From an uncultured delta proteobacterium (lineage in GTDB: Bacteria > Desulfobacterota > Syntrophia > Syntrophales > UBA2185): a stretch of 64,000 bases of DNA. The stretch lies in NCBI GenBank assembly GCA_963729715.1, contig CAVSPA010000010.1, forward strand, positions 128,001-192,000, written 5' to 3'. The position numbers and the translations under genes were made by a program. Numbering within the stretch: position 1 is the stretch's first letter; every line of letters begins with the position of its first letter. Shown here piece after piece: positions 29,509-40,827 of this stretch. The notes beneath the pieces are model-generated. The model ran no database searches and had not been told where the DNA came from. It saw nothing but the letters and a program-made list of their open reading frames with translations.

Positions 29509-29964
29509 ATGATCGAAGGTGTCATGGTAAAAAAGCTGAAGGTCATACCTGATGAGCGGGGCAGATTAATGGAGATCCTGCGCGTAGATGATGAGATGTT
29601 TAAAAAATTCGGCCAGGTGTATATGACGACCGCCTACCCGGGAGTTGTAAAGGGATGGCATTATCATAAGAAGCAGTATGATAATATGGCCGTTGTAAAA
29701 GGCATGATGAAAATTGTTCTTTACGACGGCAGACTGGATTCTTCGACATATGGTGAGATAAACGAGTTCTTTGCGGGCGAACATGATTCTGTTCTGATAC
29801 ATATCCCCCCTTTCGTTTATCACGGATTTAAATGCATTTCCGAGGAAGAGGCCGTGGTGGTCAATACGCCCACAGAGGCATACGATTATAGGGAGCCTGA
29901 TGAGTTCAGGATGCATCCCCATGATAATGATATTCCTTATGAGTGGGACCGGAAAGACGGCTGA
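29509..29964 (+). CDS. dTDP-4-dehydrorhamnose 3,5-epimerase family (RmlC-like cupin)
   Basis: DERG, GVVKGWHYH, IPP..YHGF. Confidence 0.88.
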   Translation: MIEGVMVKKLKVIPDERGRLMEILRVDDEMFKKFGQVYMTTAYPGVVKGWHYHKKQYDNMAVVKGMMKIVLYDGRLDSSTYGEINEFFAGEHDSVLIHIPPFVYHGFKCISEEEAVVVNTPTEAYDYREPDEFRMHPHDNDIPYEWDRKDG

Positions 29965-30087
29965 TGCATATAATCGGTAAACCGTTCAAAGAATCATTAG
30001 ATGATTATTATTGCAGGAATGGAAACGGCCGAAAGGGATGCGGCGTGTTCTTGCGAAAGCTAAGCGAGAGGCATTGACAAGGTTCAT

Positions 30088-30849
30088 ATGGGCGCATTTC
30101 TGTATATCTTTCTTGCGTGCTTGGGCGCAGCCATTGGGAGCTTCCTCAATGTCTTGATCTTCCGGATTCCTGAAGGGCAGTCTATCGTTCTTCCATCTTC
30201 CCACTGCCAGAAATGCGGTCATGCCATAAGGGTTTACGATAATATTCCCATCATCAGCTATCTTATCCTGCGGGGGAAATGCAGGGACTGCCGTGAGAAG
30301 ATCTCTTTGCAATATCCCGTTGTGGAAGCGATTACCGCAGTAATGTCAGTCCTGATATTCGTGAAATTCGGTCTGAGTTTCAAATACCTCTCTTCCTTCA
30401 TCTTCACCTGCGCATTGATCGTCATCACATTCATTGACCTCCGTCACCAGATAATCCCCGATGTAATCAGTCTGCCGGGAATACCTGTCTTTTTTTTGCT
30501 TGCAGTTTTTTTTATGAATGTCACGATTTGGGAGGCTCTCCTTGGCATTCTGATCGGCGGCGGGTGTCTTTTTGCCATTGCTTTCACATATGAAGTCATT
30601 ACTAAACGAGAGGGCATGGGGGGAGGGGATATCAAGCTGCTTGCCATGCTTGGCGCTTTCTTGGGGTGGAAGTCTCTGTTTTTCGTTCTGTTTGCGAGCT
30701 CCATGCTTGGTGCTGTTGTCGGTATATCGGCTATGATTATGAAGGGGCAGGACATGAAATACGCCTTGCCTTTCGGTCCGTTCCTGTCCATAGCCGCCGT
30801 TGCCTACCTCTTTGTGGGCGAGGACGTGACAAGGTTTATCTTCTTTTGA
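30088..30849 (+). CDS. pilD: Type IV prepilin peptidase
   Basis: GSFLNV.I.R.P, two CxxC pairs, GMGGGDIKL, PFGPFL. Confidence 0.95.
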   Translation: MGAFLYIFLACLGAAIGSFLNVLIFRIPEGQSIVLPSSHCQKCGHAIRVYDNIPIISYLILRGKCRDCREKISLQYPVVEAITAVMSVLIFVKFGLSFKYLSSFIFTCALIVITFIDLRHQIIPDVISLPGIPVFFLLAVFFMNVTIWEALLGILIGGGCLFAIAFTYEVITKREGMGGGDIKLLAMLGAFLGWKSLFFVLFASSMLGAVVGISAMIMKGQDMKYALPFGPFLSIAAVAYLFVGEDVTRFIFF

Positions 30850-31008
30850 CACTGACGGTTTTATCAAAATTTCTTGACTTCGAAGTAGTATAAATATACC
30901 GTGCTAAACACTGGGAAAGCGCAGGGAGAGGAGATCGAATGGCGTGACTGCTGTGGCTGACTCGTAACCTGCATGGTTTGGCTTTTGAATCCTGTTATGC
31001 AAATGAGA

Positions 31009-31033
31009 GGTTGGCCATATGGCCAACTTTTTT
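31009..31033 (+). terminator. Rho-independent terminator-like hairpin
   Basis: GTTGGCCATATGGCCAAC perfect palindrome followed by T6. Confidence 0.7.
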
Positions 31034-31117
31034 AGTATGGATGATAACGGTTTCTTGACCCCTGCGATTCTCCGGGTTGGAGAGATCTTTGGATGTTCGG
31101 TAAAGGTGTGTGGCTGA

Positions 31118-32788
31118 ATGAAGCGCAGATTGCAAACACTACTGGGACAAGCCGTAAGGGCCTGTATCGAGAAAAAGTTAATAGAGGCAGAGGCTGTCCC
31201 CTATATTGAAATCGATATGCCGAAGGATGCCGGTCACGGCGACTATGCCTCCAATGTGGCGATGGTACTGGCGTCCCGTGCGAAGGGCAAAATGCCGCCC
31301 CGCCGGATTGCAGAGATTATCTCAAAGAATATCGGCAGCGGCGATGATGTACTGGCAAAAGTCGAGATCGCAGGCCCCGGTTTTATGAACTTCTTTATAC
31401 GGGAGGACGTATGGTCTACCCTGCTTTACGATGTCGATAAACTTGGTGATCGTTATGGTGCCTCAGATTCCGGCAAAGGGAAGAAAATACATTTAGAGTT
31501 CGTCAGCGCCAATCCCACCGGGCCTCTCCATATAGGACATGCGAGGGGCGCAGTTGTCGGCGACGTCATTGCGAACATCATTGAGGCATCAGGATATTCG
31601 GTTTTTTGTGAGTACTACATTAATGATACGGGCAACCAGATGAACAACCTGGGGAAGTCCGTTCTCTCTCGCTATCTCGATCTTCTCGGCGGGAATGTAG
31701 AGTTTCCTGAAGGCTGCTATCAGGGTGACTACATCAAAGATTTAGCCAAAGAAATTATTTCAAGGGAGGGTGACCGTTATTGCTACATAAGTCAGGAAGA
31801 GAGCATCCTCATTTTTACCGATTATGCCGCGCGTGAAATATTAAAGGGCATAAAGGACGATTTAAAGGCCTTCGGCGTGGTTTTTGATAATTACTTCAGC
31901 GAGAAGGATCTTTACAAGGGTGATGGAGTGGCAAAGCTGCTTGCCGCTCTTGAGAAGAGCAAATTCGTTTACAACGATGGGGAAACGGTCTGGTTCAGGA
32001 CGACCGCTTTCGGTGATGAGAAAGACAGGGTGGTCATAAGAAAGAGCGGAGAGCCCACCTACTTTGCCGCCGACATAGCCTATCATCAGAATAAATACCA
32101 GCGCGGCTTCGATAAACTTATCGATGTCTGGGGGGCTGATCATCATGGATATATCCCCAGGATGGCTGCCTGTATCGAGGCGCTTGGCCACGAAAAGGAT
32201 TCGCTGAAGATTGTTCTGGTGCAGCTTGTGAGCCTCTTGCGGGATGGGAAGCCGGTTCCCATGTCCACCCGTGCCGGTGAGTTCGTGACCTTGAAGGAAG
32301 TCGTCGACGAAGTGGGAAAAGATGCAGCAAGGTATAATTTCCTGATGAGACGCTCGGACAGCCATCTGGATTTCGATCTCGAACTGGCAAAGAGGCAATC
32401 GAGTGAGAATCCCGTCTACTACGTGCAGTATGCTCATGCGAGAATCTGCAGCATCATGAGAAATGCCGATGAGCGGGGATACAAGATGCCGGCGTATGAT
32501 GAAGTGGATCTGAGCTACCTGACTCTACCAGAGGAGATTAACTTGATTAAGGCAATTACCCGGCTTCCCGAGGTGGTTGAAGGCGCTGCGTTGTCCCTCG
32601 AGCCGCACCGCTTGACGTTTTACCTTAATGATCTTGCCGCCCTCTTCCATAGCTATTATAACAAGCACAAGGTCCTTTCTGATGAAGAAGGCCTCAGCAG
32701 GGCAAGGCTTTTCCTGACAAAATCAATTCTGACCGTGCTCGGCAATGCCTTAAGGATACTGGGAGTTTCAGCACCGGAAAGAATGTGA
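31118..32788 (+). CDS. argS: Arginine--tRNA ligase
   Basis: [37 protein letters not shown]. Confidence 0.98.
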   Translation: MKRRLQTLLGQAVRACIEKKLIEAEAVPYIEIDMPKDAGHGDYASNVAMVLASRAKGKMPPRRIAEIISKNIGSGDDVLAKVEIAGPGFMNFFIREDVWSTLLYDVDKLGDRYGASDSGKGKKIHLEFVSANPTGPLHIGHARGAVVGDVIANIIEASGYSVFCEYYINDTGNQMNNLGKSVLSRYLDLLGGNVEFPEGCYQGDYIKDLAKEIISREGDRYCYISQEESILIFTDYAAREILKGIKDDLKAFGVVFDNYFSEKDLYKGDGVAKLLAALEKSKFVYNDGETVWFRTTAFGDEKDRVVIRKSGEPTYFAADIAYHQNKYQRGFDKLIDVWGADHHGYIPRMAACIEALGHEKDSLKIVLVQLVSLLRDGKPVPMSTRAGEFVTLKEVVDEVGKDAARYNFLMRRSDSHLDFDLELAKRQSSENPVYYVQYAHARICSIMRNADERGYKMPAYDEVDLSYLTLPEEINLIKAITRLPEVVEGAALSLEPHRLTFYLNDLAALFHSYYNKHKVLSDEEGLSRARLFLTKSILTVLGNALRILGVSAPERM

Positions 32789-32806
32789 AGACAACAGAAG
32801 AGCGAA

Positions 32807-33436
32807 ATGACATCCAAGAATGTTCGTGTATTTGAACTGAAACTAGGTAAACGGGCGTTGATTCTATTTATCGCGGGAATGTCCTGTTTGCTTTTTATTG
32901 TCTTTCTGTTCGGCGTGACGGTTGGTAAGAATATTGATACCTACCCGGAAAAATATTCACACGGTTTTCGGGGCATGATGATGGAAAAGCTTGGCTGGTC
33001 GTCGAACAGGGCGGAGACTGCGGTATCCGCGGGCGAAACACCGACAGAAACTGCCAAGGCGGGCGTGGAAGAAATTGTTCCTGAAGAAAAGAAGGCGCCT
33101 GTAGCAGTGGCTGCGGCCCCTGAAGAAAAGCAGCCTTCAGTTCCTGCCGTTGCGCAAACGGAAATCAAGCCGCCTGCCGAGCAGGAGAAATATCAGATAC
33201 AGGTTGGCTCTTTCAAGGAAAAGGAAAAAGCGGACCAGTTATGCAAAAAACTTACGGGCCTAGGATTCTCCCCCAGGGTAGCAGAAATGCAGGTGCCGGA
33301 AAAGGGAAAATGGATGCGCATAACCCTGGAAGGTTTTGAAAGTCGGGAGGACGCGCAGAAAGCGGCGGAGCGTGTGGCAAGAAGAATAAAGGGACTCAAC
33401 TGTGTCGTTCTTAGGATGGGAGCAAAGAATAACTAA
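32807..33436 (+). CDS. SPOR-domain membrane protein (FtsN-like)
   Basis: N-terminal TM helix, linker, YQIQVGSF SPOR domain; conserved position after argS. Confidence 0.85.
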   Translation: MTSKNVRVFELKLGKRALILFIAGMSCLLFIVFLFGVTVGKNIDTYPEKYSHGFRGMMMEKLGWSSNRAETAVSAGETPTETAKAGVEEIVPEEKKAPVAVAAAPEEKQPSVPAVAQTEIKPPAEQEKYQIQVGSFKEKEKADQLCKKLTGLGFSPRVAEMQVPEKGKWMRITLEGFESREDAQKAAERVARRIKGLNCVVLRMGAKNN

Positions 33437-33461
33437 AATCGAGAGATTTTGCCGGTGAGTA

Positions 33462-34799
33462 ATGTTTGAGACGCTGACGGAAAAATTGGAAGACGTATTT
33501 AAGAAACTCAAGCGGAGAGGCCGCCTCGATGAAGATAACATTGTCTCCGCCTTGAGAGAGATACGCATGGCCCTTCTCGAGGCGGACGTCAATTTTAAAG
33601 TGGTCAAAGACTTTATAGATGACGCCAGGTCGAGGGCTGTCGGGCAAGAGGTTCTGGACAGCATTACACCGGGCCAGCAGGTCGTGAAGATTGTCCATGA
33701 GCGACTCGTAGAGCTACTGGGAGGGAAAAGCACTCAACTGAAATTATCCGGCCGCTTTCCTGCTCCGGTTATCATGGTCGGTCTTCAGGGATGCGGTAAA
33801 ACTACGACAGCAGTCAAGCTTGCAAAGCATCTTGTCAATCAGGGCAAGAGGGTATATCTCGTTTCGTCGGACGTATACAGGCCAGCAGCCATAGAGCAGT
33901 TGCGGGTCTTGGGCGAGAAGATTGACGGTGTAGGGATTTACGCCTCCGCAGATATTCATGATCCGATGAGGATGTGCGTGCAGGCCGTCGATAAGGCAAG
34001 GAGCAATGGCTATGAGGTGATAATCATAGATACGGCCGGTCGGCTTCATATAGACAATGAAATGATGGATGAACTCAAAAGGATAAAGGATGCAGTTAAT
34101 CCCGCGGAGATTCTCCTTGTCGCAGATGCCATGACAGGCCAGGATGCCGTGAATGTGGCGGGAAAATTTAATGAGCTTCTCGGCATTGATGGCGTGATTA
34201 TGACCAAGATGGACGGAGATGCGCGGGGCGGTGCAGCGCTCTCCCTCCAGGCAGTGATCGGCAAGCCCATAAAGTTCATCGGTGTCGGTGAAAAAATCGA
34301 TGCTTTAGAGGTCTGTCATCCCGAGCGCCTCGCTTCACGGATCTTAGGCATGGGTGATATCCTGACCTTCGTCGAAAAGGCACAGGCTACTGTCGATGAA
34401 AAACAGGCGCGAGAGCTCGAGAAAAAGATAAGAAAGAATGAGTTCACCCTTGAAGATTTCCGTGACCAATTGAAACAGATCAAGTCGATGGGCTCTATCG
34501 GCGACATTGTGGGGATGATTCCCGGATTGGGGAAGCTTAAAGCCCTGGCGCATGCAACACCTGATGAGAAGGAAATGATAAGAACAATGGCGATAATCGA
34601 TTCCATGACAAGGAAGGAACGTTCGAATTATCTCTTAGTCGACGGCGAGAGGAGAAAAAGGATAGCGAGGGGAAGTGGAACTACGGTCCAGGACGTCAAT
34701 AGGCTGCTGAAAAATTACGGTGAGATGAGGAAGATCATGAAAAAGTTAACGTCAAAGGACGGAATGAAATCGTTTCGCAGGGGCAATTTACCCTTTTAA
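33462..34799 (+). CDS. ffh: Signal recognition particle protein
   Basis: [25 protein letters not shown] domain. Confidence 0.98.
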   Translation: MFETLTEKLEDVFKKLKRRGRLDEDNIVSALREIRMALLEADVNFKVVKDFIDDARSRAVGQEVLDSITPGQQVVKIVHERLVELLGGKSTQLKLSGRFPAPVIMVGLQGCGKTTTAVKLAKHLVNQGKRVYLVSSDVYRPAAIEQLRVLGEKIDGVGIYASADIHDPMRMCVQAVDKARSNGYEVIIIDTAGRLHIDNEMMDELKRIKDAVNPAEILLVADAMTGQDAVNVAGKFNELLGIDGVIMTKMDGDARGGAALSLQAVIGKPIKFIGVGEKIDALEVCHPERLASRILGMGDILTFVEKAQATVDEKQARELEKKIRKNEFTLEDFRDQLKQIKSMGSIGDIVGMIPGLGKLKALAHATPDEKEMIRTMAIIDSMTRKERSNYLLVDGERRKRIARGSGTTVQDVNRLLKNYGEMRKIMKKLTSKDGMKSFRRGNLPF

Positions 34800-34896
34800 T
34801 TAAATAAAAAATGAATTATAAGTAAAATTCTTCCTTTATAAAGAAACGCATGTATAACGAATTACAATAATTTTCAGGAGGTGATAGATAACAGGG

Positions 34897-35142
34897 ATGG
34901 CAGTTAAGATAAGGTTGGCGCGGCTTGGTGGGAAAGGCAGGCCCTATTATAGGATTGTGGTAGCCGATTCTGAATCTCCGAGGGATGGCAAATTTCTGGA
35001 GATTCTTGGAAGCTATAATCCTCAAAAAGATCCGGCGGAGGTCGTCCTGAAAAAGGAACGTGTTGTCGAATGGCTTTCAAAAGGAGCCATACCAACTTTG
35101 ACGGTTTCCCAGTTGTTTGCAAAGAAGGGGATCACGAAGTGA
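34897..35142 (+). CDS. rpsP: 30S ribosomal protein S16
   Basis: [23 protein letters not shown]. Confidence 0.98.
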   Translation: MAVKIRLARLGGKGRPYYRIVVADSESPRDGKFLEILGSYNPQKDPAEVVLKKERVVEWLSKGAIPTLTVSQLFAKKGITK

Positions 35143-35254
35143 ACATAGTTGAAACAAATGGGGCCATGTCTTGAATCTCGAAATTGAATGGTTTTTCGGT
35201 TGAGGTCTATTGCAAATGAATTTATCGCGTAAGTAATCCGTGGAGGTTGTGACG

Positions 35255-35485
35255 ATGAAAGAGTTGATCAAGTACATAGCTCAGTCTTTGGTGGATAATC
35301 CGGATTCCGTAGAAGTATCCGAGGTGCTTGGTGAGCAGACTTCTGTGATCGAACTTAGAGTTGCGAAGGAAGACCTTGGTAAAGTTATCGGCAAACAGGG
35401 AAGAACCGCAAAAGCCATGAGAACGATTTTAAGTGCGGCATCGACGAAGCTTCGCAAGAGGGCAGTCTTAGAAATTATTGAATGA
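35255..35485 (+). CDS. khpA: KH-domain RNA-binding protein KhpA
   Basis: [15 protein letters not shown]; between rpsP and rimM. Confidence 0.92.
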   Translation: MKELIKYIAQSLVDNPDSVEVSEVLGEQTSVIELRVAKEDLGKVIGKQGRTAKAMRTILSAASTKLRKRAVLEIIE

Positions 35486-35991
35486 ACGAGACTCAGTTCT
35501 TTGAAATTGGCAAGATTGTTAAGTCCTGCGGTCTTAAGGGCCGTATGAAAGCGGCGTCGTACCTTGAGTCAAATGACAAACTGCGAAATCTTGACGAACT
35601 ATATATAGGTTGCAGTAATGATATGAAGGGGCCCTTCAAAGTGAAGTGTGTCCAGAGCAGGGGAAAGATTCTTTTTCTTGAAATAGACGGCGTCGGAGAT
35701 CTCGAGAGTGCGAATGCATTTGTCGGCTGCTCGATACTGATTCCTGCGGACAAACTGGAAGAATTGCCCGAAGGCGAATATTACTGGCGGGACATGATAG
35801 GCCTTACCGTAGTTACGGAGGAGGGTTGCTTTTTAGGCGTAATTGAGGCTGTTTTCCCGACGGGAAGTAATGACGTATACGTATGCAGCGGCGGAGATAG
35901 GGAGGTTTTGCTGCCAGGTATTGCCGATGTGATACGAAAAATCGATATCGATCGGGGGACGATGGTTGTAAGACTGCTGGAAGGTTTATAG
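35482..35991 (+). CDS. rimM: Ribosome maturation factor RimM
   Basis: IGKIV..GLKG, EYYW.D.IG, TGSNDV. Confidence 0.95.
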   Translation: MNETQFFEIGKIVKSCGLKGRMKAASYLESNDKLRNLDELYIGCSNDMKGPFKVKCVQSRGKILFLEIDGVGDLESANAFVGCSILIPADKLEELPEGEYYWRDMIGLTVVTEEGCFLGVIEAVFPTGSNDVYVCSGGDREVLLPGIADVIRKIDIDRGTMVVRLLEGL

Positions 35992-35997
35992 AAGGCC

Positions 35998-36735
35998 ATG
36001 ATCAGGTTTGATATCCTATCCGTCTTCCCCGAGATGTTTGAATCCCCGCTTAATCACAGTATCTTGAAGAGAGCGCAGGAAAAGGGGATGATGGAAATCC
36101 ATCTCCACAACATCCGCGACTACGCCGAGGATAAGCATAGAATGACGGATGACGCCCCTTACGGAGGCGGCGGTGGCATGGTCATGAAGGTGGAGCCAAT
36201 AGACAAGGCTCTCGCGTCAATCGTTCCCTTGAGAGATGATGCCTTGGTAGTTCTCCTGACCCCCCAGGGAGAAACCTTCAACCAGAAATTAGTAGAGGAA
36301 ATGTCCCGCTATTCTCGCATTGTTCTCGTATGCGGCCACTACGAGGGTGTGGACGAAAGGGTAAGGGACCATCTGGTCGACAGGGAAATTTCGATAGGCG
36401 ATTTTATTTTGACGGGCGGGGAGCTTTCGGCTATGGTCATCATTGACGCCGTTGCCCGTCTGATCCCGGGTGTTCTGGGAAATAGTGAATCCGCATCGTA
36501 TGATTCGTTTTCTACTGGTTTGTTGGAGTATCCCCACTATACACGCCCCGGTAGTTACCGGGACTGGCAGGTTCCCGAGGTGCTACTGTCAGGTAATCAC
36601 CGGGAGATCGAGTCATGGCGGAGGAAGGAATCGCTGAAGAGGACATATTTGAGGCGGCCGGAGTTATTGGGAAGAATAGAACTATCTGAAGAGGATGGAA
36701 AAACACTCGAAGACATAAAAAAGAATTGTAAGTGA
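35998..36735 (+). CDS. trmD: tRNA (guanine-N1)-methyltransferase
   Basis: [37 protein letters not shown]. Confidence 0.98.
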   Translation: MIRFDILSVFPEMFESPLNHSILKRAQEKGMMEIHLHNIRDYAEDKHRMTDDAPYGGGGGMVMKVEPIDKALASIVPLRDDALVVLLTPQGETFNQKLVEEMSRYSRIVLVCGHYEGVDERVRDHLVDREISIGDFILTGGELSAMVIIDAVARLIPGVLGNSESASYDSFSTGLLEYPHYTRPGSYRDWQVPEVLLSGNHREIESWRRKESLKRTYLRRPELLGRIELSEEDGKTLEDIKKNCK

Positions 36736-36758
36736 CGTGATATGGAGGAGTTTGCGAT

Positions 36759-37103
36759 ATGAATGCGATGGAAATGCTTGAAAAAGAGCAAATGAGAGGG
36801 GACATTCCCGGTTTCAAGCCCGGCGATACCGTCAGGGTGTATGTGAGAATTGTGGAGGGACAGAAGCAAAGGATACAGGCCTTTGAAGGCGTTGTCATCC
36901 GTAGAAAAAGGGGCGATTGCCGGTCGAGCTTCACAGTGAGAAAGGTTTCCTACGGTGTCGGAGTTGAACGGACATTTCCCCTTCATTCACCGGTCATAGA
37001 TAGGATCGAGGTAGTCAATCGCGGCAAAGTGCGCCGCTCCCGGCTGTATTACTTACGCGGTCTGAGAGGGAAAAAAGCAAGAATCAAAGAAATGGGGAAA
37101 TAG
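36759..37103 (+). CDS. rplS: 50S ribosomal protein L19
   Basis: [29 protein letters not shown]. Confidence 0.98.
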   Translation: MNAMEMLEKEQMRGDIPGFKPGDTVRVYVRIVEGQKQRIQAFEGVVIRRKRGDCRSSFTVRKVSYGVGVERTFPLHSPVIDRIEVVNRGKVRRSRLYYLRGLRGKKARIKEMGK

Positions 37104-37233
37104 GTATTAAACAAAACCGTGTGTAGAGGAAGTTCCCCGTATCCTTAAATCTTCACATGGAGGGATGCGGGAAGGCCTCCCCTTCTTTAGTCATGCCCCT
37201 CAGAACCACGTTTGCAAGTTTCTTATCCCGACT

Positions 37234-37857
37234 ATGAACAGTTTCGAACGGCGAGCCCATCAACTTGGTTATAGATCGATAGCTGGCATTGATGAGGTGG
37301 GCAGAGGTCCCCTTGCGGGACCGGTTGTCGCCGCGGCTGTGATACTTCCCCCCGATTACAAGAACAGGGAAATTAAAGATTCGAAACAGCTTACAGCTAA
37401 GAAGAGAGACAGCCTTTCCGAAATCATAAGGCAAGACGCCCTCTCCATTGGCCTCGGTGTTGTCGAGGCCTCGATTATTGACGAAGTGAACATATTTCAG
37501 GCGACACTGGCGGCTATGAAGGAGGCCACATTGAATCTTTCCCTGACCCCTGACTATCTGCTTATTGACGGATCACATCGTATTTTTGTCTCTATACCCC
37601 AGGAGGCCATTGTCAAAGGCGACGCACGGAGCGTCTCCGTGGCGTCTGCCTCCATCATTGCCAAAGTCTCAAGAGACAGGATCATGGAGATCTATCATCG
37701 CCAGTTTCCCCAGTATAATTTTTCCAAGAATAAAGGTTATGCTACAGAGGAACATAGAGAAGCGATCAAGAAGCACGGACATTGCAAAATTCATCGAAGG
37801 TCTTTCGTAGTTAAAGACAGGACTCTCCTCCACATAAATTCCGAAATGGAGTTTTAA
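37234..37857 (+). CDS. rnhB: Ribonuclease HII
   Basis: GIDEVGRGPLAGPV, DSK, KGD, ASIIAKV.RD; exact start uncertain. Confidence 0.96.
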   Translation: MNSFERRAHQLGYRSIAGIDEVGRGPLAGPVVAAAVILPPDYKNREIKDSKQLTAKKRDSLSEIIRQDALSIGLGVVEASIIDEVNIFQATLAAMKEATLNLSLTPDYLLIDGSHRIFVSIPQEAIVKGDARSVSVASASIIAKVSRDRIMEIYHRQFPQYNFSKNKGYATEEHREAIKKHGHCKIHRRSFVVKDRTLLHINSEMEF

Positions 37858-37878
37858 AAAAACTTTGCAGCATCGGGA

Positions 37879-38256
37879 ATGATAATGAAGGTTTCTGATA
37901 GTATGCGAACCGGCAAGAAGGGAGAGGATATTGCTGTTGCCTATTTGAAGGGTAAAGGCTATCGGATCGTCGCACGAAATTACAAGTGCCCTTTGGGAGA
38001 GATTGACATAGTGGCAAAAGATGGGGATGCGATTGTCTTTGTGGAGGTCAAGAGCAGGAAATCGGAAGAGTTTGGCGATCCCCAGCTTGCCGTAGGATTG
38101 GAAAAGCAGAAGAAGATTTCAAAAATTTCCCTCACGTATTTAAAAGAGAAACATCTTTATCCCTGCAATGCGAGATTCGACGTCGTGCCGATCAATATCC
38201 TGTCTGACGGAAGCACCGTAGAGCTTATACAAAACGCCTTCGAGCTTGCCGTTTAA
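37879..38256 (+). CDS. YraN family endonuclease-like protein
   Basis: GE..A..YL, RNY, GEIDIV, VFVEVKSR, RFDV. Confidence 0.93.
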   Translation: MIMKVSDSMRTGKKGEDIAVAYLKGKGYRIVARNYKCPLGEIDIVAKDGDAIVFVEVKSRKSEEFGDPQLAVGLEKQKKISKISLTYLKEKHLYPCNARFDVVPINILSDGSTVELIQNAFELAV

Positions 38257-38307
38257 TTACACCCGTATATTTTAATCGATCCATGCCTTGGGCTCTGAGA
38301 CTTGCTC

Positions 38308-39435
38308 TTAAAGGCAGGGGGCGACGAGGGCCTTTACATACCGTGCAATGGCGACACAGGACGTCAACCCGGGAGATTCAATACCGATGAGATTTATCAA
38401 TCCGGGATATCCTATATCGCGCTCATCCTTGATGATGAAGTCGTGGTAGGCCTCCCCGGGGCCCTGCAATTTCGGACGAATGCCACACATGTCCGGATGG
38501 AGATGTTCCGGTTTGATCCCGGGGAGGTAATTTACGATGGATTGATAGAATGATTCCCTTCTTCTTTCATCTATGCTGTATTCAATTTCATCTATGTACT
38601 GGCTGTCTGGGCCGAACTTGATACGGTTGCCGAGATCGAGAGTGGCATGAATGCCGAGGCTTTCCGTATTTTCCGGGGCCACGGGATAAACCAGATGATT
38701 CAGTCTTGGAGCAGGAGCGGCGGAAAAATAATTTCCCTTGCAGTACAGGAGACGGTATCCATGCTGTGCGATGTTAATGCCGGCCATGGCGGCGATACTG
38801 TCTGCATAGAGACCGGCGCTGTTGACTATGACCCTTGTGTGAAATCGGTATTCTCCCCCGTTTGTTTCTAATTCATAGATGCTGTCTTGGGCATGAATGG
38901 CTGTCACCTTCGAGCGGAGTGCGACCACGGCGCCGTTTCTTTCGGCGTTTATTAAGAAAGAGCGCATCAGGCCATGGCTATCGATAATTCCGGTGGACGG
39001 AGAATAGATGGCAGCCTTGGCGCTGACCTCCGGTTCGAGGGTCAAGGCCTGCTTCTTTCCCAGCAGGGTGAGATCGGATACGCCATTTCCCTCGGCATGC
39101 TTCTTTATGTTTTCGAGTCGTTCACATTCGGCGTCGTTGACAGCGACAATCAGTTTACCGATGCGCTTATGAGGAATGTTCCGTTTCCTGCATAGGTCAT
39201 AGAGGAGGCGGTTTCCCTCTGTACACAAGGAAGCCTTTCGAAAGCCATGGGGGTAGTAAATGCCGGCGTGTATGACCTCGCTGTTGCGACTGCTTGTTTC
39301 CTGGCCGACGCCGTCGTTTTTTTCGATAAGCAAAACCCGCTCATACTCTGCAGAAAGCTCTTCCGCAATGGACAAGCCCACTACTCCGGCGCCGATGACA
39401 GTGATATTGAAAGAGTCGATGGGGGTCATTGACAT
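38308..39435 (-). CDS. FAD-dependent oxidoreductase, L-2-hydroxyglutarate oxidase (LhgO)-like
   Basis: VIGAGVVG, ETSSRNSEVIHAGIYY, GIRPKL, GIESPGLT; start overlaps the ugd stop. Confidence 0.88.
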   Translation of the reverse strand: MSMTPIDSFNITVIGAGVVGLSIAEELSAEYERVLLIEKNDGVGQETSSRNSEVIHAGIYYPHGFRKASLCTEGNRLLYDLCRKRNIPHKRIGKLIVAVNDAECERLENIKKHAEGNGVSDLTLLGKKQALTLEPEVSAKAAIYSPSTGIIDSHGLMRSFLINAERNGAVVALRSKVTAIHAQDSIYELETNGGEYRFHTRVIVNSAGLYADSIAAMAGINIAQHGYRLLYCKGNYFSAAPAPRLNHLVYPVAPENTESLGIHATLDLGNRIKFGPDSQYIDEIEYSIDERRRESFYQSIVNYLPGIKPEHLHPDMCGIRPKLQGPGEAYHDFIIKDERDIGYPGLINLIGIESPGLTSCVAIARYVKALVAPCL

Positions 39436-40812
39436 CAAGAATGGATTAATGCCGATTTGCCGGTGGGATAGACATTGAAGCCGATATCGAAACATCGCTT
39501 GTGGTCAATGATATTCCTCCCGTCAAAGATGGAGGCCGGCTTGGTCATGGTATCATATATTTTCTGAAAGTCGAGGTTCCGGTACACGTCCCACTCTGTC
39601 AGTATCGCGATAGCGTGGCATCCCTTGGCCGCCTTGTAGGGATCTGCTACGAAGCTTACCTTCCCGTCGACGCCTGAAAGGTCCGCTGTTGCGTTCTTCA
39701 GCGCTTTCGGGTCGGTGATGACGATCTCTGCCTTCTCCTCCAGCAGCCTTCTGGTGATAAAAAGGGCAGGGCTTTCTCTTGTGTCACCCGTGTTGGCTTT
39801 GAATGCAAAACCAAAAAGACAGATCTTCTTGTCGGCGAGGGTGTTGAACATGGCGGTCAGCATATTTAATATGAAGCGCTCCTGCTGATACTGGTTGATT
39901 CTGACAACACTCTCCCAGTAGGTGGCAACGTCATGGAGACCATAGTGCCGGCAGAGATAGACTAAATTAAGAATGTCCTTCTTGAAGCAGGAACCGCCGA
40001 ATCCGACACTGGCGCTGAGATACTTACCGCCGATCCGGCTGTCCATCCCGACGGCCTTTGATACTTCGGTGATATCTGCGTCCGTCTTTTCGCATAGTGC
40101 CGAGATGGCGTTTATGGATGATATTCTTTGTGCCAGAAACGCATTCGATACGATCTTGGAAAGTTCACTGCTCCAGATATTGGAAGTGATGATTTTTTCC
40201 CCGAGGCACCCAGTTGGCATAGATTTCCACAAGAGCCTCCCTCGCTGCTAAGCCACCTTTTGTATCCTGGCATCCTATGAGGATGCGATCAGGATTCTCG
40301 AGATCCCTTATGGCCGAACCCTCGGCCAGAAATTCGGGGTTGGAAAGAACATCGAAAGAAACAGAGTTCTTCGTGTAGTTCAGTATTTTTTCCATGGCCA
40401 GAGCGGTTTTTACGGGAAGGGTACTCTTCTCTATGACTATCTTTGACGATGCCGAATACTGGAGGATCTGCCTCGCCGTTTTTTCCCAGTACTGGAGATC
40501 TGCCGCCATGCCTGCACCCACTCCGAATGTCTTGGTCGGTGTATTTACACTGACGAAGATGATGTCGTTGTCCCTGATGCCGCCTTCGATATCGGTACTG
40601 AAAAAGAGGTTCTTGCCTCTCGCTGCCTTGACGATCTCACCAAGCCCCGGTTCATAGACGGGTAGATCATCGGAGTTCCATTCTGCAATACGGATCGGAT
40701 TAATGTCGACGACTGTGACTCTATACTGGGGACATTTGTATGCAATCATAGACATTGTCGGGCCGCCTACGTACCCGGCGCCGATACACAGGATATTCTT
40801 CTTGAATTTCAT
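39435..40812 (-). pseudogene. ugd: UDP-glucose 6-dehydrogenase split by a 1-nt frameshift (pseudogene or sequencing error)
   Basis: N-half (CIGAGYVGGPTM, SNPEFLAEG) and C-half (WSSELSK, GFGGSCFKKD, DTRESPA) are in different frames; junction CCT CGGGG AAAAAA TC has one extra base. Confidence 0.9.
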
Positions 40813-40827
40813 GGGAGCCTCTAATCT

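Noticed and set aside
30901..31035. GTG-started frame with ...DCCG-TGA (CxxU-like), possible tiny selenoprotein
   Set aside because: No RBS, the start overlaps the putative -10 box, and no clear SECIS or family resemblance
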